Shown here piece after piece: positions 23,311-32,000 of a stretch of DNA of 32,000 bases. Within the stretch, counting starts at the first letter, position 1. Each line of letters begins with the position of its first letter. Under the pieces are notes generated by a model, which worked only from the letters and a program-made list of their open reading frames with translations, was not told the DNA's origin and made no database searches. The stretch covers positions 1,260,001 through 1,292,000 of the forward strand of contig FP565575.1 in NCBI GenBank assembly GCA_000091165.1, read 5' to 3'. Source of the DNA: Candidatus Methylomirabilis oxygeniifera. Lineage in GTDB: Bacteria; Methylomirabilota; Methylomirabilia; Methylomirabilales; Methylomirabilaceae. The position numbers were made by a program, and so were the translations under genes.

Positions 23311-25254
23311 ATGACTAGCCTCGAAGAAGAAAAAAGTGGAACTACCGTCCTACGGCGAACCGCCGAATACCAACCGCCTCGCTCGTGGCGAACCTGGCTG
23401 ATCGGACGCCCGCTCCGGACTGCCGATGCCCCCGATCAGGCTATTGGTAAGACCATCGGCCTGGCCGTCTTCGCCTCTGACGCGCTCTCCTCCACCGCGT
23501 ACGCCACCGACGAGATTCTGTTCGTCCTGGCCGCTGTCGGAATCGCAGCATTCGCCTATGCCCTTCCGATCTCGTTGGCCATCGTGGCGCTGCTGGCCAT
23601 TGTCACGCTCTCGTATTTGCAGACGATCCACGCCTATCCGGGCGGAGGCGGCGCCTATATTGTGGCTCGTAACAACCTGGGAGAATTTCCCGCTCAGATA
23701 GCCGGCGCCTCGCTGCTGACCGACTATATCCTCACCGTGGCCGTATCCGTTGCGTCGGGGGTGGCTCAACTGACATCAGCATATCCGTCCCTTTTTCCCT
23801 ACCGGGTGGCATTGGCCATCGGGATGATACTGATCATGATGGTCGTCAACCTGCGCGGTGTGAAAGAATCCGGCGCGATCCTCGCCATTCCCAGCTATTT
23901 CTTTCTGGGTATGATGCTCCTGACCGTCGGCAGCGGCCTGAGTCAGTACCTGATGGGGGACCTCCATACGGTAGTGAACCCGCCGCCGGGCAAGGAACAT
24001 GCCGCACAATCGCTCTCACTCTTCCTGATTCTCCACGCCTTCTCCAATGGTACGACAGCCCTCACCGGAGTGGAGGCCATCTCGAACGGCGTCCCTGCGT
24101 TTAAGGAGCCGCGCAGCCGCAATGCAGGCATTACGCTGATCTGGATGTCCGCCATTCTGGGCGTACTGTTCCTAGGCATAACCTTTCTGGCCGGCACGAT
24201 GGGCGCGATACCTTCTGAGACAGAAACGGTGGTCTCGCAACTGGCGCGCACGGCCTATGAGGGTCGGGGTCTGCTGTACCTGGCTGTCATCGCCGCTACG
24301 ACCCTAATCCTGATCATGGCGGCCAATACGGCTTATGCCGGTTTTCCGCGATTGAGCGCCCTGCTGGCGGCGGATGGCTTTTTGCCCCGGCCGCTCACGT
24401 ACCGCGGAAGCCGCCTGGTCTACTCGCGCGGCATTGTAGCGCTGGCCCTTATCGCCTCACTCCTGATCTGGCTGTTTCAGGCCAGCGTCAACGCGCTGAT
24501 CCCGCTTTATGCCATTGGTGTCTTCCTCTCGTTTACGCTCGCCCAGGCCGGCATGGCGCACCGCTGGTGGAAGGCCGGACATCTGGCGCCAGGACAGGAA
24601 GCCCAGGAGCATGGCTCAATCGTTCGCCACGAACCCAGATGGGCGATCAAGATGGCGATCAACGGCTTCGGTGCGTTCTGTACGGCTGGGGTCATGCTGA
24701 TCTTCACCGTCACGAAGTTTGCCGATGGGGCGTGGATCGTGATCGTGCTGGTGCCGATTCTCGTGGCCGTATTCACTGCCATCCATTACCATTACCGGGA
24801 TCTGGCCGCCCACCTTTCATTGGAGCAGTACGGTGGACCGCCTCGAATTTCGCGTCAGCGTGTGATCCTGGCGGTCAGTGGCGTCCATCGCGGCACGCTG
24901 GCGGCACTCCGCTATGCCCGTACGCTATCCGATGACATCACGGCCGTGCATATCTGCATCGACCCCGTCGAGGCCCAGACGCTGAACCGCAAATGGGAAT
25001 CGTGGGGCGATGGAGTTCGCCTGGTCGTGCTTGATTCCCCCTACCGGTTGCTCCTGGAACCGTTATTGGGATATATTGAAGAAATTGCCGCGCAGCGTCA
25101 GCCGAACGAGATCATTACCATCATCGTCCCGCAGTTTGTCCCTCGCCACTGGTGGCATAACCTCCTACACACCCAGACGGCGATGCTGCTGCGAGTCATG
25201 CTGCTGTTCAAGCCGGGAATTGTGATTACTGACGTACCGTATCAGATCGAGTAG
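23311..25254 (+). CDS. APC-superfamily permease with a ~200-aa cytoplasmic C-terminal domain
   Basis: About 12 predicted TM segments. The soluble tail is ...VILAVSGVHRGTLAALRYARTLSDDITAVHICID...IIVPQFVPRHWWHNLLHTQ. The ATG is at 23311; a GTG lies at 23293. Confidence 0.8.
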   Translation: MTSLEEEKSGTTVLRRTAEYQPPRSWRTWLIGRPLRTADAPDQAIGKTIGLAVFASDALSSTAYATDEILFVLAAVGIAAFAYALPISLAIVALLAIVTLSYLQTIHAYPGGGGAYIVARNNLGEFPAQIAGASLLTDYILTVAVSVASGVAQLTSAYPSLFPYRVALAIGMILIMMVVNLRGVKESGAILAIPSYFFLGMMLLTVGSGLSQYLMGDLHTVVNPPPGKEHAAQSLSLFLILHAFSNGTTALTGVEAISNGVPAFKEPRSRNAGITLIWMSAILGVLFLGITFLAGTMGAIPSETETVVSQLARTAYEGRGLLYLAVIAATTLILIMAANTAYAGFPRLSALLAADGFLPRPLTYRGSRLVYSRGIVALALIASLLIWLFQASVNALIPLYAIGVFLSFTLAQAGMAHRWWKAGHLAPGQEAQEHGSIVRHEPRWAIKMAINGFGAFCTAGVMLIFTVTKFADGAWIVIVLVPILVAVFTAIHYHYRDLAAHLSLEQYGGPPRISRQRVILAVSGVHRGTLAALRYARTLSDDITAVHICIDPVEAQTLNRKWESWGDGVRLVVLDSPYRLLLEPLLGYIEEIAAQRQPNEIITIIVPQFVPRHWWHNLLHTQTAMLLRVMLLFKPGIVITDVPYQIE

Positions 25255-25287
25255 TGACGCCAGGGCATCGGAGGAACAGAGTACGCT

Positions 25288-25947
25288 ATGAATATCATTA
25301 TTGTGGGATGTGGGCGAGTAGGCGCGGAGCTGGCTTATCGACTGTTCCAAAAGGCGCATCAGGTCACGGTGATCGACCAGGTAGCCGCCGCCTTTCATAA
25401 CCTGTCCACAGACTTCCGCGGGCGCACAGTGGAAGGCGAGGCGCTGGCCAGCGACATACTGTGCCGAGCCGGCATCGAGAAGGTTGATGGCCTGGCCGCC
25501 GTAACCAATTCCGACTCACTGAACGTCGTGGTCGCCCACGTAGCAAAGACCGTCTACCACGTACCTCAGGTCGTCGTCCGCAACTATCATCCACGCTGGC
25601 GACCTCTGCACGAGGCCTTTGGCCTGCAGGTCGTCAGCTCGACCAGTTGGGGCGCCCAGCGCATCGAGGAGCTGCTCTACCCCGCCTTCGCTAAATGCGT
25701 GTTTTCGGCCGGCAATGGCGAGGTCGAGATCTATGAACTCTCGGTGTCTGAGGCCTGGCACGGCCGTACCCTCCAGGATTTCCTCCACACAGGCCCGTGT
25801 CTGGCTGTGGCGCTGACACGGGCAGGCAAGGCCATCCTCCCCTCCTCCGAGGAACGTTTGGAGGTGGGTGATATTCTGTATCTGAGTTCCACCATGGAGG
25901 GCATCGAAACGTTACGTGAGCGGCTGAAGGCGCCACAAGGGAGGTGA
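25288..25947 (+). CDS. TrkA/KtrA-type RCK protein 1 (TrkA-N plus TrkA-C)
   Basis: The Rossmann motif IIVGCGRVGAELA and a C-terminal TrkA-C-like domain. Confidence 0.8.
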   Translation: MNIIIVGCGRVGAELAYRLFQKAHQVTVIDQVAAAFHNLSTDFRGRTVEGEALASDILCRAGIEKVDGLAAVTNSDSLNVVVAHVAKTVYHVPQVVVRNYHPRWRPLHEAFGLQVVSSTSWGAQRIEELLYPAFAKCVFSAGNGEVEIYELSVSEAWHGRTLQDFLHTGPCLAVALTRAGKAILPSSEERLEVGDILYLSSTMEGIETLRERLKAPQGR

Positions 25948-25948
25948 C

Positions 25949-26647
25949 ATGTTTGTTCTGATCGCGGGTGGAGGCCGAACCGCAACGCACCTGGCCGCTC
26001 TCCTGCTGACTCGCCAGCACGAGGTTCGAGTACTCGAGCACCGACGCGACGTACTGGCGCGCCTACACCACGAACTGCCTACCGAGGTGATCTACGAAGG
26101 CAACCCTATCGATCCGGTGGCATTGGAACAGGCCGGTATCCGTCAGGCGAAGGTGTTGGCTGCGTGTACCTCTGTCGATGAAGACAATCTCGCGCTCTGT
26201 TTCTTTGCCCGCACCCGCTACAACGTGCCCCGTATTATCGCCTGGGTCAATAATCCCCGCGCCGCCTGGCTCTTCGACGAGAAGTTCCATGTAGACGTGG
26301 CCCTCAATCAGGCGCAGATCTTCAGCAGCCTGATCGAAGAAGAGATGTCGCTCGGCGATATGATGACACTGCTGAAGCTGCGGAGAGGCCGCTACTCCCT
26401 GGTGGAGGAGAAGATCCCCACGGGAGCGCGCGCCCTTGGCGTTGCCATCAAGGACCTGTGCCTGCCGCCGGATTCGGTGATCGCCACCATTATCCGGCAC
26501 GGACAGATCCTCATTCCGCGCGGCGATACCCAATTTGAAGTCGGGGATGAGGTGCTCGCGATTGCAGATCGTGAAGCCGCCGAAGAGCTCGCGAAACTGT
26601 TCGGCCGACCGGACCTACCTACGCCAAACGACGCTCGGCAGACGTAA
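25949..26647 (+). CDS. TrkA/KtrA-type RCK protein 2
   Basis: VLIAGGGRTATHLA, a degenerate Rossmann motif, plus a TrkA-C domain. It starts 1 nt after the previous gene's stop. Confidence 0.8.
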   Translation: MFVLIAGGGRTATHLAALLLTRQHEVRVLEHRRDVLARLHHELPTEVIYEGNPIDPVALEQAGIRQAKVLAACTSVDEDNLALCFFARTRYNVPRIIAWVNNPRAAWLFDEKFHVDVALNQAQIFSSLIEEEMSLGDMMTLLKLRRGRYSLVEEKIPTGARALGVAIKDLCLPPDSVIATIIRHGQILIPRGDTQFEVGDEVLAIADREAAEELAKLFGRPDLPTPNDARQT

Positions 26648-26662
26648 CAACACGTCTCATTA

Positions 26663-26772
26663 TTGAATCTATTGTGGGCTCATTCTCCGCGGCTTGCCGC
26701 GAGTGCGTCATACCGGCGAAAGCCGGTATCCAGAGGACCGGACTGGATTCCGTGTCACGCACGGAATGACGG
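26663..26772 (+). repeat. Family 1 hairpin-module repeat
   Basis: Aligns with 5951-6060. Shared segments: CGCGGCTTGCCGCGAG, CATACCGGCGAAAGCCGGTATCCAG (GAAA loop) and GGATTCCGTGTCACGCACGGAATGAC. Confidence 0.8.
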
Positions 26773-26795
26773 GCCAGGACCGAAGACGTACTACG

Positions 26796-27572
26796 CTAAC
26801 AGCCGACTTGCTCAAGGAAGGTCTCAATACTTCGACCCACCTCGTCGGGCTGTTCCAGCATGACCATGTGACCGGCTGCGGGAACCAGCACAAGCTGTGA
26901 TCCGTTGATTCGGCGATGCAGATACTCGGCGTACGTCGGCGGCGTCATCAGATCGTCGGTCCCGCAGATCACCAGGGTCGGAAGGGTGATCGTCTTGATC
27001 CGCTCCATCAGATCAAAGGTATCGCACGCTCGCAGGTCTCCTTCGATCACTGAGGGCGAGGTGCGCAGCATCGCATCGGCATCCTGTCTCAGCAGCTCGG
27101 CCGGGGCGCCCGGCGCGCGCGCCCATCGGCTCATCAGCTCGACTGTTTGCCTTGCGTCATTGTGAAGGCCGGCGAAGATCTGCGGCTGCACGCGCAGCCT
27201 TGCCCCGGTCCCTACCAGCACCATCGCCGTAAGCAGTTCCGAGTGGACCAGCGCAAGACTTTGGATAATCGCCCCGCCCATCGAGTGACCCACCATGACG
27301 ATCCGGTCCAGACCGACGGCCGTCAGAAACTCGTTCACAAGATCGCGGTAGGTCTCGATCCGATCGGCGCCGCTCCCATCGGAATGGCCATGCCCGGGGA
27401 GGTCTATGGCGATAGCCTTCCGCTGACGTCCCAACCTCCGAAGTTGCTGGAGCCACATCTGATGGCTCCCGCCTGCCCCGTGGATGAACACGACCGGCGA
27501 CAGATGACTCGCCGGTATCGGCACGAGTTCAACGAAATGAATTCGCGTCTGTCCGACCTGCACGTACGGCAC
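26796..27572 (-). CDS. Alpha/beta hydrolase
   Basis: HGAGGSHQMW and the nucleophile elbow GHSMGG. Confidence 0.8.
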   Translation of the reverse strand: MPYVQVGQTRIHFVELVPIPASHLSPVVFIHGAGGSHQMWLQQLRRLGRQRKAIAIDLPGHGHSDGSGADRIETYRDLVNEFLTAVGLDRIVMVGHSMGGAIIQSLALVHSELLTAMVLVGTGARLRVQPQIFAGLHNDARQTVELMSRWARAPGAPAELLRQDADAMLRTSPSVIEGDLRACDTFDLMERIKTITLPTLVICGTDDLMTPPTYAEYLHRRINGSQLVLVPAAGHMVMLEQPDEVGRSIETFLEQVGC

Positions 27573-27581
27573 ACTGTGCCT

Positions 27582-28580
27582 CTACGCCTCTTCAGATTTC
27601 AACGTCCTGCCCAGGAGATTCGCTACCGCCTCCTGCGGCGATCGTTGCTCAAAGAGGACCGCATAGGTTTCCTGGCAGATCGGCATATCGACGGAGACGC
27701 GATGGGCAAGCTCAACGGCACCTTTCGAGGCGTTGACCCCTTCCTTCACCGTCGGGCTGCGTTGCAGCAGCTCGGAAAGCGCCGCGCCTCTGCCGAGCGC
27801 CAATCCGAGTTGCCGATTGCGCGAGAGGTCCCCGGTACACGTCAGTACGAGGTCTCCAAGTCCAGCAAGTCCCGCAAATGTCTCAGCGCGCGCCCCCATG
27901 GCTACACCAAGCCGGGTCATTTCGTGTAGCCCCCGTGTAATGAGAGCCGCCAGCGCATTATGCCCGAGTCCAAGGCCGTCCACTATCCCGGCTGCGATAG
28001 CAATCACGTTCTTGACCGCCCCGCCCAACTCTACGCCTAACGGGTCGCTTCCAGCATAGACGCGAAAGCCTGTCGTGCTGAGCAAGCCCTGAACCCGTGT
28101 TGCTACGGCAGGCTCAGATGACGCCGCAACCGCCGCCGCCGGCAGTCCTCTGCTGACCTCCTTCGCGAAGGTGGGACCTGAGAGGACAGCCAGCGTCCGC
28201 CTCGCTGGATCAATCTCATGTAATACCTGCAACATAGTCAGGCAACTATTTGGTTCTAAGCCTTTCGTCGCGACGATGATAGGCGTAGATTCTTGGATGC
28301 GGGAAAGCAGCTCTTCGCACATGGAACGAAGAACATGGGAAGGGGTCACCAGCACAATCGCCGAGCAGCCTTGGGCGACCTCAATGAGAGAATTGGTAAT
28401 CTCAAGCGTCTCGGGTAGTTCAACCCCAGGCAGATAGAGACCGTTCTCGCGCTCCTTCGCCATCGTTATGACGAGTTCGCGTTCCCACGCCCACAGAGTG
28501 ACCGAGTGTCCTTTCTCGGCCAACAGTTTCGCGAGTGTGGTACCCCAGGCCCCCGCTCCGACGACGCCGATCCGTTCCAT
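27582..28580 (-). CDS. gpsA: NAD(P)H-dependent glycerol-3-phosphate dehydrogenase
   Basis: MERIGVVGAGAWGTTLA... from the ATG at 28580, plus GLGDLVLTCTGDLSRNR. Confidence 0.88.
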   Translation of the reverse strand: MERIGVVGAGAWGTTLAKLLAEKGHSVTLWAWERELVITMAKERENGLYLPGVELPETLEITNSLIEVAQGCSAIVLVTPSHVLRSMCEELLSRIQESTPIIVATKGLEPNSCLTMLQVLHEIDPARRTLAVLSGPTFAKEVSRGLPAAAVAASSEPAVATRVQGLLSTTGFRVYAGSDPLGVELGGAVKNVIAIAAGIVDGLGLGHNALAALITRGLHEMTRLGVAMGARAETFAGLAGLGDLVLTCTGDLSRNRQLGLALGRGAALSELLQRSPTVKEGVNASKGAVELAHRVSVDMPICQETYAVLFEQRSPQEAVANLLGRTLKSEEA

Positions 28581-28593
28581 CACCCGGCTCCGA

Positions 28594-29382
28594 TCAGGGT
28601 CGAGGGCGTCTGGCAGCAGCACGCAACCAGACGAGTCCGACCAGTGAAACAGCAATCAGGGCGAGGCTCATCACCTGCGCCGCGCGTAAGGGCCCCAACA
28701 TCAGACTGTCGATCCGAAGCCCCTCAACGAAGAACCGGCCGACAGAGTACAGCCCAACGTAACAGAGCAGCAACGCGCCGGGGATTCGCTGCAATCGACG
28801 GCGAAGCAGGAAGTACAGGAGCGAGAAGACCAGGAGGTTCCAGAGCGATTCGTACAGAAACGTCGGGTGAAAATACTCAAAGGTCGCCAGATCGGGCGGT
28901 CGGTGGTACGGCTCAATGTAGAGCTTCCACGGCAGATCGGTCGGGGTTCCGAAGGCCTCCTGATTGAAAAAGTTGCCCCACCGGCCGATCGCCTGTCCGA
29001 GCGGAGCGGAAGGGGCCATGATGTCCAGGTAGGTCAGCACGGGCAACTTCTTGCGAACGGAATAGATGACCGCAGTCAATCCGCCGGCCAACAGGCCACC
29101 GTGGATCGCGAGCCCTCCCTCCCATACCGCCAGGATCTTCAGCGGCCTGGAGCCGTAGTAGCCCCAGTTGAACAGGACGTAGTACAGCCGCGCACCTATC
29201 AAGCCCGCCATCACGCCGTACACGATGACGTTCAGAAGCTGATCCGGATCCTCCCCACGACGGATCGCCTCGCGCTGCGCCAGCCAGGTCCCCAGCAAGA
29301 CACCGGTGGCGAAAAGCAGGCCGTACCAACGAATGGAGAGCGGGCCGATCTGTAAGACAAAGGGACCGGGCGATGCGAACAT
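28594..29382 (-). CDS. lgt: Prolipoprotein diacylglyceryl transferase
   Basis: IRWYGLLFATGVL, GARLYYV, HGGL and GRWGNFFNQEAFG. Confidence 0.9.
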   Translation of the reverse strand: MFASPGPFVLQIGPLSIRWYGLLFATGVLLGTWLAQREAIRRGEDPDQLLNVIVYGVMAGLIGARLYYVLFNWGYYGSRPLKILAVWEGGLAIHGGLLAGGLTAVIYSVRKKLPVLTYLDIMAPSAPLGQAIGRWGNFFNQEAFGTPTDLPWKLYIEPYHRPPDLATFEYFHPTFLYESLWNLLVFSLLYFLLRRRLQRIPGALLLCYVGLYSVGRFFVEGLRIDSLMLGPLRAAQVMSLALIAVSLVGLVWLRAAARRPRP

Positions 29383-29490
29383 ATGGACCTCAGCAGGGTC
29401 GGTGTCTCATTTCTCGACAAGTGACGTTCCGGCCCACTCTAGCCAAAAATCGAGTGAAGTCAAGGCAAATCTGGTCAACCACGAATAGAG

Positions 29491-29612
29491 ATTAGGCCGC
29501 TTGCCGTTGAAGAATGGTAGCGAGATACACAGCATATAGCATCAGCAGCAGAACACCCCACCTCCGTTCAATGAAGCCGGTATGCGTAGGGTATGTGAAC
29601 ACCAAGGCCACG
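29491..29612 (-). pseudogene. Orphan duplicate of the last ~39 codons of the CaCA antiporter gene
   Basis: Aligns with 31364-31485, with about 17 mismatches over 122 bp by hand. It would encode ...VALVFTYPTHTGFIERRWGVLLLMLYAVYLATILQRQAA*. Confidence 0.75.
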
Positions 29613-29656
29613 TAATATCGTTCGCTGTTACGGACTCAAAACGCCTGCGGGCGAGC

Positions 29657-31177
29657 CTAGAAAAATCCCAATGGATTAATATCGTAACTGACCAGCAGAT
29701 TTTTGGTTTGCTGATAATGATCCAGCATCATTTTATGGGTTTCACGACCGACACCTGATTTTTTGTAGCCGCCAAACGCAGCGTGGGCGGGATAATGATG
29801 GTAGCAGTTTGTCCAGACACGTCCGGCCTGGATACCACGCCCCATACGATAGGCGCGGTTCATGTCGCGTGTCCAAACCCCGGCCCCTAAACCAAATTCG
29901 GTGTCATTGGCGATAGCCAAGGCGTCTGCCTCATCTTTGAAAGTAGTGACGGCAATAACCGGCCCAAAAATCTCCTCCTGAAAAATCCGCATGTCATTGC
30001 TGCCTTTCATGATCGTTGGCTCAATATAATAGCCGCCAGACAAACCACCGCCTATGGCAGCAATGTCACCACCTACTAACACTTCGGCGCCTTCATTTCT
30101 GCCGATTTCGATATAACGTAAAATTTTATCGAATTGCTGTTTGGAGGCTTGTGCGCCGACCATCGTTTCGGTATCCAAAGGATTGCCGCGTGTTATTTGT
30201 TTGGCACGCGCTATCACCTTGGCGATAAACGCATCATAGATCGATTCTTGAATGAGCAAGCGTGAGGGGCAGGTACACACTTCGCCTTGATTGAAAAAGG
30301 CCAATACCGCACCTTCCACGCATTTGCTGACAAACGCATCTTCTTGATCTAAGACATCCTCGAAATAGAGATTGGGCGATTTACCGCCCAGTTCAACCGT
30401 GGAAGGAATAATGTTTTCCGCCGCGCATTTCAGGATATGCGAGCCTACAGGCGTGGAACCGGTGAACGCTATTTTTGCAATCCGCTTGCTGGTGGCCAAT
30501 GCCTGCCCCGCTTCCGCGCCATAGCCGTTCACGATATTGACAACGCCCGGCGGTAATAAGTCGCCGATTAATTCCATCATGACCAAAATTGATGCAGGGG
30601 TTTGTTCGGCGGGCTTCATCACCACACAGTTACCCGCCGCCAGGGCAGGGGCGAGTTTCCAGCACGCCATCAATAACGGAAAATTCCAGGGAATGATCTG
30701 CCCAACGACACCGAGCGGCTCGTGAAAATGATACGCCACCGTGTGTTCGTCAATTTCGCCAATGGAGCCTTCCTGGGCACGAATACAGCCGGCGAAATAG
30801 CGAAAGTGGTCTACTGCCAACGGTACGTCCGCCGCCAATGTTTCACGGATGGGCTTACCGTTGTCCCACGTTTCGGCAATCGCTAATGTTTCAAGATTCG
30901 CTTCGATATGGTCAGCAATTTTTAACAGGATATTTGATCTAGCGGTGACTGAAGTTTTACCCCACGCGTCTTTAGCGGCATGCGCCGCATCCAATGCCAT
31001 ATCTATGTCTTCCGCCGAAGAACGAGGTATTTCACAGAATTTCTCCCCGGTTACAGGGCTTAGGTTATCAAAGTACTGGCCTGTAACGGGAGCGACCCAG
31101 TTGCCGCCGATAAAATTACCATAACGTGGTTTGAAGTGGATTTTGCTATCCGGTTGGTTTGGGGCGATATAACGCAT
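29657..31177 (-). CDS. NAD+-dependent aldehyde dehydrogenase (506-aa AldB/ExaC/AcoD type)
   Basis: VELGGKSP (catalytic Glu), GEVCTCPSR (catalytic Cys) and a C-terminal NPLGFF. GAGGAG lies upstream of the ATG. GC is visibly lower than in the flanks. Confidence 0.9.
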   Translation of the reverse strand: MRYIAPNQPDSKIHFKPRYGNFIGGNWVAPVTGQYFDNLSPVTGEKFCEIPRSSAEDIDMALDAAHAAKDAWGKTSVTARSNILLKIADHIEANLETLAIAETWDNGKPIRETLAADVPLAVDHFRYFAGCIRAQEGSIGEIDEHTVAYHFHEPLGVVGQIIPWNFPLLMACWKLAPALAAGNCVVMKPAEQTPASILVMMELIGDLLPPGVVNIVNGYGAEAGQALATSKRIAKIAFTGSTPVGSHILKCAAENIIPSTVELGGKSPNLYFEDVLDQEDAFVSKCVEGAVLAFFNQGEVCTCPSRLLIQESIYDAFIAKVIARAKQITRGNPLDTETMVGAQASKQQFDKILRYIEIGRNEGAEVLVGGDIAAIGGGLSGGYYIEPTIMKGSNDMRIFQEEIFGPVIAVTTFKDEADALAIANDTEFGLGAGVWTRDMNRAYRMGRGIQAGRVWTNCYHHYPAHAAFGGYKKSGVGRETHKMMLDHYQQTKNLLVSYDINPLGFF

Positions 31178-31364
31178 TGTTTCTCCTCGATAGATTAGGT
31201 GGAAGCAGCCTGATTATTCTATCACCACGTTCTTGATCGAAAAGTATGAAGATGCCATTGCGATGTATTTTAGGGGTGAATTATAAAGCCTATCGTGTGA
31301 GAGCTAACCGGCGTAAAAAAGTTGAGCGAAACGCCGCTTTGGCTCGTCCGTGTTGAGCCAATTG

Positions 31365-32000
31365 TTAGGCCGCTTGCCGCTGAAGAATAGTAGCGAGGTA
31401 GGCAGCATATAGCACCAGCAGCAATATACCCCGTCTTCGTTCAATGAAGCCTGTGCGCGTAGGGTAAGTGAACACCAAGGCCACGAGACCAAATACCAAT
31501 GCAATAGTTACCTCACGCCACGCAACAGTAATGGGATGGATAGTCGCCGCGACTGCGACAATAAAAATGCCATTGAAGATATTGCTGCCAAGAATTGTTC
31601 CCAGGCCAACCTCGTCGTGTCCGCGAAGCTTGGCAATGACTGTTGTCGCAAGTTCTGGCACGGACGTACCCACCGCGACAACAGTTGCCCCAATAATGAA
31701 TTCATCGATACCAAAGGCAATGGCGATGCCTTTTGCTCCCGCCACAATGAGATTTCCGGCAGCAATAAGAAAGGCAAGGCCGACGACACACGAAAGAACA
31801 ACCAGCCACCCTCGATGTTCCCCAAGAACCTTCTCTGCGGCACTCCGTTGTTTTCGAGCCTCGATAATCGCCGCCACAAGCCAAGCGAGAAACATACTCA
31901 ACATCAGTAAACCGTCGATTCTCGAAAGCTCGCCATCCAGAAACAGAACACCCGTGATAATGGGGATCAACAACGCCACAGGAAAATCCCTCTTTACGCT
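31365..32000 (-). CDS. CaCA family Na+/Ca2+ antiporter (YrbG-like), 5' end outside the window
   Basis: The alpha-repeat motif GTSVPELATT and GSNIFN. The frame stays open to the window edge. Confidence 0.8.
   Translation of the reverse strand, partial: SVKRDFPVALLIPIITGVLFLDGELSRIDGLLMLSMFLAWLVAAIIEARKQRSAAEKVLGEHRGWLVVLSCVVGLAFLIAAGNLIVAGAKGIAIAFGIDEFIIGATVVAVGTSVPELATTVIAKLRGHDEVGLGTILGSNIFNGIFIVAVAATIHPITVAWREVTIALVFGLVALVFTYPTRTGFIERRRGILLLVLYAAYLATILQRQAA

Noticed and set aside
1-32000. CRISPR array
   Set aside because: The repeats present are dispersed, palindromic and irregularly spaced. No regular direct repeat-spacer periodicity exists anywhere in the window.

Overview
GC-rich (about 58-60% by eye) bacterial chromosomal window, with most genes on the minus strand. 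I cannot name the organism.

**Accessory island (1-5950).** This region holds small, unrelated minus-strand cassettes:
- a DUF4160/DUF2442 pair
- HigA with a truncated HigB
- MNT with a HepT-like gene interrupted by an in-frame stop
- a small membrane protein
- BrnA-like antitoxin with a frameshifted BrnT
- a low-GC 318-aa orphan
- a 205-aa protein carrying a HEPN RNLLVH motif

The island is scarred by two copies of a ~210 bp repeat. The repeat contains the C-terminal tail of an integron-type tyrosine recombinase, an outward sigma70-like promoter and a 16-bp palindrome.

**Core genes (6-29 kb).** mgtE, the H+-pyrophosphatase hppA, purF, an aminotransferase, argS, a rhodanese, hydrolases, an HpnD/CrtB-like synthase, DUF3105, ppsR, a GNAT, rtcA, a thioesterase, gpsA and lgt. 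Three things interrupt this stretch:
- a Phd/YefM-nucleotidyltransferase two-gene module, plus an XRE antitoxin fragment, between the aminotransferase and argS
- an operon of a 650-aa APC-superfamily permease followed by two TrkA/RCK proteins
- several families of hairpin-module intergenic repeats

**Right end.** A lower-GC aldehyde dehydrogenase gene sits between two diverged ~122-bp direct copies of the 3' end of a CaCA antiporter gene, which indicates an insertion or rearrangement.

No rRNA, tRNA or CRISPR array was seen.

**Best candidates for uncharacterised biology:**
- the HEPN protein plus the low-GC orphan
- the recombinase-scarred cassette island with its portable promoter/operator repeat
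- the Phd-NTase pair
- the APC-RCK operon
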